From a virus: a stretch of 64,000 nt of DNA. The stretch lies in IMG/VR virus record IMGVR_UViG_3300028844_003474, positions 10,144-74,143 of that record. One strand, given 5' to 3'. A model generated the notes under the pieces. That model did no database searches. It had not been told where the DNA came from and worked only from the letters and a program-made list of their open reading frames with translations. The position numbers were made by a program, and so were the translations under genes. Shown here piece after piece: positions 45,001 to 57,000 of this stretch; the first letter of the stretch is position 1; each line of letters begins with the position of its first letter.

Positions 45001-48000
45001 TAACAGCATATTAGTGTCAGAAACAACTTCTTCAGTTAAATCTGCTATACGCCCTACAATTTGAGAACGCATGTCACTTGTAAGTCTACCCAGAGTACGG
45101 TTATTGTTCATCAACGTTTCTAACAACTTAATCTCTTCGTCTTCAGAAATACCAAGACGACGCATATGTTGAATACGTTCTGCAATAACTTCTCTTACGC
45201 CTGTTAGCATTTCCATCTCATTTAAATGAGACTTTAATCTTTGCTCAGCTTCAAAAGATAAAAGGTTATTGATGTGTACATCTTTACCTCTAAACATGTT
45301 ACGAGCCAGCTGTTCTGCAGCGTCTACTGTAACTTCTCTGCCCATAACACGGCTTAAGAATTTAGAAATAGCTCTAAAAATTCTACGGAAAACAGTTTGG
45401 ATTTTACTTACACCTAACTCTTCTGCATACACCGTGTCGCCTTTTAAGCCCATAGCTGTAGCCAGGACTTCCATATCAAGATCACGCGTTGTTTTTTCAG
45501 AGTACAATGCTTGTGTGTCTCGGTAGAGCTGCGTGCCTCTTAATTCTTTAATAGCTTGCTGAACCAGGGGGTGGTTGTAGCCAAGCATTTCGATATAGAT
45601 GTGTGCAAACTCGTGAATTAACGTGTCGCTTCTCATCTTGTCAGGATGAATTCTAATCTCGGCTTTACCCTCAACCATCTGCACTCCACCGGCACCTTCT
45701 ATACTACTGTCAAGAATAACTTTAACTTCGACACCTGCATCTCTAAAGAGTTGTGTAAGCTTGGCTTTACGTTCAGCAAACTGACGTTCAGGTTTAGAAC
45801 TTCTTCCTACTTTGCTTTCCTCTTTTATTTCAGATTTAGACATACTTTCAGTGTCTTCTACGCCGCGTTCAAACTCAGCGCGGAGTTCACTCATAGTTCT
45901 GTCTTCATGAAATCTGCTTGAAGTTAGAGGCCTAGTGATATAACCACGCTGTCCTCCAACTGTGAAATAAACACGTTGAACTTTATCTAGTGTAACCGCA
46001 ACCATGCGATTAGTTTGGATAGCTTTTAAATGAGAGTTCTTACCTATTATTTCATAGACATTAGGACTAAGAGCAGCCAACAGTTTTATCTCAAGAGGAT
46101 CTTGTATAGGATTCTCAAGCTCTCTAAAAAATACTTCTGGTAAGAACTTTGTTAAAGTGTCTCCACCAAAACGCCAGCCGCTACGCTCTGCTTCATATTC
46201 AGCCAGAGCATAGGCAAATTCTTTTACGGCGTTGTCTTCGCTTTCAGTTAGTTCTTTCCATGCTTCATAAAAATCTTGACCCATTTCAGGATCATGAATA
46301 CGTTGATGATGATTAACATCAATAAATATGTTTCCGCTACCTACACCAAAGAGATTGCTAGAAGCCATAACAGCAGTATCACGGACGTATAAGTTTTCTA
46401 GTACAAACTTTAAGCTTGAGTCATTAGCAACTTTTTTACGACCAGCGTTACTCTTGAAGTAATCAAAAAAGTCTTGAATGTTCCAAGTCTGGTACTGCCC
46501 TTTTTTACGGGCAGGTCTAAGCTGAGATACATTCTCTACTCCTTTAAGCTCTCCCATACGCAAGTAAGAGCTAGTACCTTCCTTGCGTCTAGCAGAAATA
46601 AAAGCTTTAGATGCCATATATTTCTGGTGACGATCAGATTGGTCAAACGTAATACCTTCGCTTGACTCTAAAGCTTCGCTGAAATAAGGTATACCAAGAG
46701 ACATTAAAATGTCTAATGTAGTTTGAGCAATGTCTAAGTTCTCTTTGACTACAGGCAAGTGCGTAATGTCTAACGGACTTCCTGCACCGCTTAACAAACT
46801 TTCAACACCTTCAAAAGTTTGTTGACCTGTAAGGAAAGGAATAAAAGTTGTACCTAACTCTGACAGCTTTTCTTCTTGAGTGCGCATCAACTTTTTAAGC
46901 GGCTCAAGTTTAAGGGAAAGCTCTGTGTTCCAAGCAATTACAGCTTTTAACCTCCAGTTGTCTTGGATTTTATTTTCTATTTCTTCCTCGGTCAACTCAT
47001 TGTTGATATAGTCAATAGAATCTTGATCGGTTGCAGCTTCCCAAGCTTCCTCCATCGTAAAGCCAATCATGTGTAGATCCTGCCAAATCTGAAAGTTGTT
47101 AAGTCCAATACCAAGTTGACCGTACACAGGGTCTATAGCACCGTCCATAGATGCACCAACTGTTTGTGCATTAAAACGAATACGGTCTGGCGTTAATGAT
47201 CTCCACGTTACTCTAGAAATCATCTTACCTCCCGGAGTTTCAATGTCTGCATCTAAATCAAATGCAATTTGATACCGTTGCAGATTCAACCAGAACGTAT
47301 TGTTCTTTGCAGAAATACCTTTTAGTCCAATACCTGCAATGTTGTCTTGGAACATACGCTGGTGAGACAAATAGGAGTATGGGTTTTCCGCAACATAAGT
47401 ATCAAGATTAACGCCTTCTATTTCCCTGCCTGGAAGTTTACCAGCTTGGTTTAAAGTCTCCCTAAAATTTCTAAGAATTACAAAATCTTGTTCTTGCAGT
47501 ACTTCTTCCTCAAATATTTTAGGATCAGTAAGAACTTCAAATACAAGTTGCAAATACTCATTCCATACAGATTCGTATGCAGACAAATCTTCTTTAGACT
47601 TGTGTACTTTCCAGTTGAGATACAACTTGTCGTTGTCAAAGTCAGAACCCATCTGCGCAACAAAGTCCGGCGGTACAAGCATACCGTCTTGACCTTCAGG
47701 GAGGAAGCCTATTACTTTAATTACTGCAGAAGTGTTTTTATGCTCGCCTGGAATACGATAAGCCAGCATAGTGAGAACACGATCCGGAATAGATTCGATA
47801 GGACTGTTTCGATACTCTGCCGGTAAGAAAGCTTTAGACACAATAACTTCAGCAGGAAGAACCTTACCGTCTTCTAAACGCATACCTTTTAAGCCATCTT
47901 TAATTCCCAAGTCTGGCATTTGCACCTGCATACCTCCCGGTATTTTTAAATGCTTGTAGTCTCTATGTAAAATAGCAAACAATGCGTTTACCATAGGACG

Positions 48001-51000
48001 AGCCATCATAGGATTGTTAAGAGCCCTATCCTTACTACGCAGCATTTCAACCAGAGCTTGGTTGTTTTCGTCAACGTGCTCCAACAAGAACTCGCGTAAC
48101 TTATTTCCTTTTAAAACAGGTATAACGCCATCGTACTTAATCTGACTATTACCTTCTTCGTCTAGCTCAGTTTCAAAGAAACGATTTAACAGTTCTGCAT
48201 GCTTCATGCTTAACAGCTTGCGTTCTTTACGAAGCAACTCAGTAACCATCTTAGTTCCAGAGACACCTCTAGGACCAACACGTTCTCTACCGTGCAGATT
48301 TCCTGTAACAATTTTACTAACCTGTGTCATCCAACCTGTAGTGTTGTTGACTGACATATGCTGCGGGTTGTGAACTTGGTGACGGTAGTGGTCAACTGGT
48401 AACTCCTGTACAATCGAAGCAATTCCCTCGTCTAAACGATCTTCAATAAAATTACCTTGAGCGTCAAACAGTTCAACCGGAGTATACTCTCCTGATTTTT
48501 GTGCAGACTCTACATGAGCTTGATCCAAATTTTTGGCCTCTATGTAACGCAACATACCTTCAAGCCCTGCTCTCTCAGAGAGAGGATTACCTTTACTGTC
48601 TCTAAGAAGAGCAGGCACAAGAGGTAAAACAGCTGTTTTTAAAAAGATTGTTTTACCCTTATGCTTTCCAAAGTACATAGGTTTGTACGGTGTAATTAAC
48701 GCAACTGTATCTTTGTTATTAAGCTCCTGGTTGTTCAGTGCTTTGTCAATAGCAATGCGTTTTGCATCAGTTAGCTCTCCGTGGTCTTCAAGTAAATCAC
48801 GATAAAACTGCAAGGACATATAAGTCACACCGTCTGCACGGTCTACTTGTGAAACCCAGTCTAAATCAATCTTAGGTTCTTTTATAACTACAGATCTAAA
48901 GGTTTGTCGGTCTTGGTAACGAGCAGATTGTCTTGCGTTTGCTGTACCATTAGACTGAGGGCCTTTAGCTCTCTTTTGCATCTTGACCGTATTGTATCCA
49001 AACTCTGCATGAGTACCAGAAACCCAATGCGCGTAGTCTCTATGCGAGATATAAGTAGCAGTTACTAAATCATTGAGGTGATCTGCAACATGCTCAGTAA
49101 AGGTCATACCTGCTATGGGACCTGCGTCTGTCATCTGTCCTATTTCAAGAAAACGTTGACGCACAAAAAGATCAGCAGCTTTTCTTAGTTTAGGATCAGC
49201 CATAATTAGCTTAACCTCTTTTTCAAAATGCGCTTCTATATGTTTTACTGGATCTTGTGCTTCAGCAAGACCTGGAATAGAAGCATTTTCTCCATGTGCT
49301 GCAATTTCTTCACGAGCAATACGAGTAAGCAACTCTCGTTTTTCGTTGTCTTTCATGTCGTGCCACGCACTACGAACTAACCATGTGTTTTCTGCATCAG
49401 AAGGTGTGGGTACTGCAACATAAGAAAGCTCCATAATTGCTCCATCCGATTGAGGAACTCTATGAAACAACGCATGTAAATCATAAGCCAGCTTTTGCTC
49501 TCCTCGTAAATTGGTATAAGGGGTGTTGTTTAGATACCCAAACCTTACAATGAAAGGAGAATGTGCATTACTAAGCCAAGACGTTTTAGTGCCTTCTCTA
49601 GACACCCAACTCGTGCTTCTCAAACTTGGATCTTCTTCAAGCCTTTTATTAAAGTGTGCTGGATCATTAAGTAACCGTTCGGTCTCTTCAGTAACATACG
49701 ACGGAAGCATGCGAGAGTAAACATAGGTTCCCTCACCATTTCTATACTTCAGCGCAACGGCTCCCATATCAACCTCAATAAGCTGACCTAAAATGTTAGA
49801 TCTAAGCTTAGCAACAAACTTATTGGTAGCAATACGCTTAGTCTTTAAGTCTTGTGCTTGAGTAATGGGTTCTACTTGTTTTAAAATTTCAATAAAATTT
49901 GTAGAAAATGCACGAAGCTCGCTGTTTGTCATAGTTGACAAACGGAACTCTAATGCTCCAATTTGAATTGTGTTTAGTCCAAAATCCTGAACCGCTTCTG
50001 CCAGAGCTTCACGGTCTTTAAAAGTTTGCAATGCTTTGATACGATTCAAGAATGTACCATCAGAAATATATTCTGCTGTTGTTTGAATGATACTGGTTCT
50101 GTTGTAATTAGTTAAAACGTCAAGAGGCTCTTGTGCTTTGTGAACTTTAGGAGCCTTAGACAATTCACGTTTTTGCTGACCGTACATGTCGTAATAACTA
50201 ATTACATTATTACTAACATTAAGTTCGGCTGTGTCCGCTTTCTTCATTGATACGAAGAACTGAGTCTGCAATATTTTATCTGAAGTTTTAAGCTTAGAAT
50301 ATAGAAACAATAAATTAGGATTCTTTACAGACATTTGTTCAAGCCTGTACATCATATCTTCTAAAGAAGTAGCGTCATTTAAATGATGCAATAAGTAACC
50401 AAAAACTTGATTAAAGTCCATTACTCTGGGAAGACCCGTCCGACTCATCTTGTCAAACTTGCCTTCCTCTTTGATCTTTTCCATTAACTTCTTTAACAGC
50501 TCCGCCTTTTGTTTAGAAGGCATAGAACGGCGAAGCAATTGTCTTAAATCAGATGTACCGGATGTAGGCAACATAGGAACAGATCCAATAAGGTTCCTAA
50601 CACTTGCAGGAATTTTACTTTTAGGATCAATCGTTTCCATACTCTTACCGCCGTATTGTTCAGCAGCAGTAGTACCAGTAATTGCATCTGCTTTTAAAGA
50701 GTCAAATATTCTGTTACGAATAGAAGTCTTACTTGCAAAATATTCAACCAGGTTTTCAGAGCTTTCAACCATCTCTTCAATAAGAGGATCAATAACGTCT
50801 GTATTTACGCCGTCTTCTCTCATGAAGTGCAGTGCACCGTGTATAATGCCATAGCGTCTAAACGCTAATCGAAGCATGCTTTTTGCGATGTCTGCTTTTA
50901 CTTGGTTATTTACAACCACTTCACCTGTATCAGGATCAATTTCTTGAGAAAGTCTATTTATGTTAGTTACAATCGAGATAACATCAGAAGCACCTTCGAC

Positions 51001-54000
51001 AGATCCGAACTTTTTAGTAAGATAACCAGTAGCATTATTTATGCCCTGTTCTAACGAAGGAGCAGTTTCTAATATACCCTTATACTCAAAGACAGTGTCT
51101 ATCACTTTGGCAATAGCCATGGGCAAATGCTGTTCGAATTCTTTGCGAGTAGGTGTGTCAAAGGGCGGAGCCTTCATAAACCTATTCATAAACTGCAAAG
51201 ATCTCTGACTAGGCTTCTGAGCAAACTTACCCTTATTGATGTGTTGCATCAATCGACGCGTTTGGTACTGTCTTTGGAAAATAGATTTAACTAATTCATA
51301 CAACTCAGAGAAAAACCTACGGATAACGCTCTTGTCTTTCATAGACAAGCCTTTTGTTACCATATACTCTCTAAAGGTCTCTGCAAGTTTTTCATTTAAA
51401 GCATAGTCTTTTAACTCTGCATTTGTAATTGGCTGGGTGTCAAAGTCTCTTTGCGGATTAGCATCGATAATCTCAGCACGCGCAGCTTCTAAATCTTTTT
51501 CTGTAATTGTATACTTACGTTCAGCCTCAGCCATCACCTTAGCTCTACGTGCAGGAGACAAAAACACATCAGTTACCGCGTGAAATGCCTCGTGATACTC
51601 TGTACCTACAACAGCCTCGTCACTAACAACAAGCATCCCTTGCTCCCATACTCCATACGCGCGTGTGCCGCCACGTACAATCAAACCTTTTACACGTTTA
51701 AAGCCAAGTTGAGGTAAGTTTTCTGCAAACCAAGCTTCAGCTTCTGCCATATCTTGATCAGTTGCAAGTACGTTAAGTACACCAGAGCCCATAGCTCTTT
51801 CATGAGATAAGAAAGCTCCACCAAATGGAAAGAAAGGATCAGTACCTGAAGGGTCTTCTGTGTTTGTAGGCTTAGAAGGCTTGGGAACTCCAGATGTAAT
51901 TAGCTTTTCAGCTGCAACAATTCTGAGTTTAATGTGAGTACGCTCTGTATCAGGAAAATACCTACTTCCTTCTTGTCGATTAGGAGCGCCTGGATATGTA
52001 AAAGAAATTGTTTCTCCTGATGCATTTGTAACAGGAGCAATTGGAGAGTTTACAGACTCCATTAACCTGTCTATTAAAGCTTTACCTCCCAGGTAATCAT
52101 CAACTTGACTTAGGTCTTGAATAAGAGTACCATCTTTACTTACAACAATAGAAGGGCTGAATGGAAACTCTCGCATCATTTCAAGATCTTGCAACTCACT
52201 GTCGTCAAGAGCTTGCATTCCGCTTTCTTCATGGCGAAGTCTAAAGACGTCCCTTCCGTTCTGCCTAAGCAAGAAGCTACCATCAGCTTCATTGTAAACA
52301 ATACCTGTATCAATGGTACTATTAGGTGTTGCAACTACAGTGTACTGACGAAGTTTAGATGCTTTAGTTGCCGCATCAAGTTTAGGATCTTTAAAAAGAT
52401 CTATGACTGCATTGTCAATGCCCATTTTTTCCAAGGACACTTTAGGCACACGAACATAAATAAGGTTACCTCTATCATATACAGGAGCATAGACTTGACC
52501 AATACCATAGTTAATTCCATCTTCTTCTAAAAGCAAACCATCTTGATACGGATTGTCAATTGCTTCTCCTGTTTGAAGACTGTACATACGTATATTGCCG
52601 TCAGCATCAGGTAGCATAACCGCAACCCCATGCTCATTGATAGCGTCTCTTATCTCAACAATATCTCCTAACTTAACCGTAGAATCTGCAGAAGGTCTAA
52701 GTAGATTACCTCGCGCAGACCCTTGATCGTTAGGAAGTTGCTGAAACTTAAACACATCTTCAGCCAAACCTAGTACAACAGTATCTGTATTTTGAGCAGC
52801 AAGAGCTTCTCTAAGTTGTATTAAACGATCTATATTAATCAGGGCATCAATAGCATGTGTATGCGTATTGAGATGCATCTGATCTTTAAGATTTAAGGTA
52901 ATAGACTCTTTATTAAACGCTTCTTGTTGACGTTGAGCCTGTCCCATCAAAGTATTAATCTTAGGCAAATAACCTAAGCGTACTTTTTCTCCACCTATTT
53001 TAGCAAAAATAACCCAGTTAGTCTCAGACCCTGGATCAACGTCGTATTTAAACTCAGTACTATCCTTGTTATTTGGGTTATGTTGTAGCTTTTTAAGCCC
53101 TTCAAGCCCTTGACCTTTAGTATTGACGCCTTTGTTAAGCTTTACGCTTGATACTTTTTCAGGAGATTTATATTCAGTATCGTCCTTTTCAATAGTAATC
53201 TTAACGTTAGTCTGCTCACCTTCATTTTGAGCTTCAATAACTTGTAAGATTAACCCCCAAATTCTTGCCTGTTCTTCATTTAATTCCAGGCTATCTCCTT
53301 CTTTTAAACGAGTTTCTAAAAACCCAAGACCAAAGAGATCGTCTCCAACAGTTAAAGGACCGCCTTTAGTAAGAGCCTCAAACAATTGATCCATATAGAT
53401 GGCAACTCCATCAGGAACAATCATACCCTCACGTTGTATTGTTCGGTCTAAAGATTCTGCAGCTCCTTGAATTTCTCGAGCCACTCTAATAATATGATTA
53501 CCAAAAGGCTGTAAGTTTAATTCTTCTGTAAGGCTAAACAGAGTATTATTAATAGTAAAAACATTAGAAAGATTTTTACTAGACGCTTCATCTAAGACAA
53601 CTCTTTTCTGTTCGCTTTGAGCGTTTACCTGAGAAATAATTTTTGCAAATGTTTCTCCTTTTTCTAAACCTTCAAGAATAGCACCTGCTATTTCATTAAG
53701 GTTTTCCATAGCTTCATCAGCTTGAATTAAATCTTTTTTAATAGCGTCATAAAGATTTACTTCTTCGCCTTGCGCTGTAATTACTACAAAGTTGGGAACA
53801 AAGTCTTCAATAGCTTTATTAACAATAGAATCTGAGATGTCTTGCATGTTACTAGACATAGACAACCTCGAGTTTCCTAAAATATCTTTAATAGCAGCAG
53901 CCTTTTTATTACGCTGACTTTTTAAGTTTTCTAATTCAGAAGGATCCAATTCAGAAGATGCAAATCGAATAGCAGTTTCAATATCACTTAACTCTTGAAG

Positions 54001-57000
54001 TAATGGTTTTAACTGACCTCGTACTGCGCTTTCACTACGTGCAGGCTTTAGCTTTCTACCTTCAACTGTATCTAGCGGGTCCAGTGGAACAATAGTTTGA
54101 AACTGAATATCACTAACTTCTTGAACTAATGTGTTTTCGGCGCTAGGGTACTTAAGGCGGATAGCAATAATGTTAAGATCCTTGGCAACAAATCCATAAC
54201 TGTTTGCCATAAGAATCCGATACAGACTTAACTGACGTTGATACCGTTCTCTCTTAGAGAGCTCTCCAATATTGTAAGGAGTATCAAATTTACTTTCACC
54301 CTTGTTAGCTCCACTTTGATGCACGTCTTGAAGACTATGCTTCATAGTTTTCATATCGTAAATCCGAACATTGCCTTGCTTATCTATTGTAATCAAGTCA
54401 GCACTTCCAGCAATCCCTAACTCCTGATTAACTAAGAGTAAATCTTCAGTGTATGCAGTTTCTCCGGTTTCTTGAAAATCTTGTCTAAGTTGTTGAAGCT
54501 GAGCAAGAAACGCATCAAAACGAGCTTCTGCCTCAGGTACATCCATATTCATAAGACGCTGCATTGCAACTTCTTTAACAAGGGTGTTAGCAAAGAAGTC
54601 TCTTACAATTTGGTCTACAACATTACCTAAGATTAAAGCAGATTGAAGTTGAGGCGCAGATGTATCAAGCTCTTCGCTACTTACAACTTTACTTACACGA
54701 GTATAATATTTATCAGTACGAGTGTCGTAATAAGCATTAGGAACCTTACCAGGGTTTTTGGGATGACCTGGTTCTAATACAAACTCAGTAAGCGCAGCCA
54801 TATTAGCAAGCATAGCTTCTGCTTCTGCAACTGCTTGCGGATTCTCCGTTTTACCTGGAGGTGTAGGAGGTTCTTGTTTTTTTCCTTTGTTCTTTTTAAG
54901 ATCTTCTAACCTTTGTTTTGCAGCTTTTAAGATGGTGTCTTTACCCATCATTTTAGCACGCTTAATAATGTCTTTTAAAACCTTTTTATCTGAAGTCTTT
55001 TTAATGGTTGCAAGTGCAAGTTTTTCTGAGTTTTCTTCTCGTGTAATACGATCTTGTTCCGCAGCTTCTTCAATCTCTTCAATTCCTTCGTCAGATTGCA
55101 TATAAGCCAGTCTTTGCTTAATTGCATTAAGACCAAGCTCTTCCATCATAGCAGTTTTTTCCTCGTCTGTAATCTCTTTTTTCTCGTCTTTAACCTCATT
55201 TAAATCAACGTCTTCAGCAAGAAGATCTGCTTCAATTTGACCTTCAATTGCTTCATATTGAGCAATACGATCTTCAAGCATTGCTCTACGAGTATCATCG
55301 TTTTTAAGCCGTGGATCTTCGAGAAGACTTTGTATGACTTCGCGTTCAGTGCGAAGCTGCTGAAGCATAGTCTTTCTAGCATAATTTTTTCTATTACCGG
55401 AAGGAAGCTCAATACCTTGATTCTTAAGCTCTTCCATAATCGCCTCTTGCTGGCGAATGTCTTTTACAGTATTTGCATATCTAGCAATGTAATAACCAAT
55501 TGCATCTTCACTAAGACCTTTCTTTCTACCAACTTCTATAGCTTCTTTTATGGTGGCTTCTTCGGCGCGAAGCGATTCAACCATCGCATCTTGCTCAGCC
55601 ATTAACTCTTCTTTAGTGCCCAAGCCCATACGAGAAAGCTCTCCCATAAACTCTTCGCTCTGTATTTGCTCAACCAATTGATCTATGCGACCTGCAACAG
55701 TAGCGCGTTGTCCCAAGAAAGAGAGCATGTCTTGCTTAACTTTATCAGCCTCTTTATACTTGCCTTCTTTAGTAAGAGTTGAATGTTGCTTTATAAATGT
55801 TTGTATAATGTTATGAGTCTCTTTGTAATGCTCAAGCTCAGTATTATCCTTTTTACTTATTAAAGAACCAAGCCCATTAAAAACTCCGCCACCAAACATA
55901 CCAAAAAACGCACTCTCCCAGAAGCGATCGTCTTGAACATAATTATTAAGACGATCTGAATGTGATCCAATAAAGTTATTTTGAAGTCTATGTGCAAGTG
56001 CAACACCTTCCTCTGCACCATAAAAGTTGACCATCTCTTCAACTCCTTCAGACCCAGATACAAGTCCAAACTTTCCAACTTTCCCTAACTTTTGCGCATA
56101 AGTTTTTGCCCACGATGGCATAACCATGCCTTTTGTAGCGTTACCTCCTTCTCTAATAGCCCTACGAGTAGTGGATGCTCTTCTCCCTGTTCTGCGTGCA
56201 AGCTGAGCTGCACGGCCCAATCGCATGATAGATCCAACCTGTATTAAATCAAAGAAGAGGTTTGTGCTATTTATAGCGTAAGAGCGCATAGCAGCTCTAT
56301 CTCCTACGTATTCTGCTAGTTCGTACTTATTTCTAGGAGCTCTTCCATTCTTAGCAACAAAGTTTTTGTAAGCCATAGTTCCTTCCATTTCAGACACAGT
56401 CATAGAACTGTTTAGGAATTCACTTTCTGCTCGTAAAAAAACGTCTGCTCCTTCACGAGTGTTTTCAGCATGACGCATAAATGCTGCCATATTAAAACCT
56501 TCAGCCAAACGTCCTGCCGCTTTAGCTTGAATCTGAGAAGCTTTAAAAGCTTTTCTATAACCTTTACCTAATTTAGCAGCTCTAGCTAAATAACTTGCTG
56601 CTTTCATTCCACTATAACCAGGAATAAGAAGACTAAACGTACTTAAAATATTGGGTATGTTGGTTCCCCACCAACCTGGATCAGCCCATTGAAATGACTT
56701 TTGTGGATTGTATTGAAATATAGGAGCATACGTTTGCATGTCTTCACGCGTAGCGCCTCCCATACGAGTAAGCATGTTAGTACCTCCTGGGTCACCTATA
56801 AGTCCTAGAGAACCAAAGCCTTCTAACGCACCTCCAAAAACTTCACCAATAAGACCTTGATATAAAGTGCCATTAAGTATTTTTTCACCTGGTGTTTGAT
56901 TTTTAGCAGCTTGCGTTTCTCGTAAGTTTGACATGGCAAAATCAGGAGAATAACCAACGTAGCGTTGAACTCCACCTTCAGAAATACCTAACTGAAGACC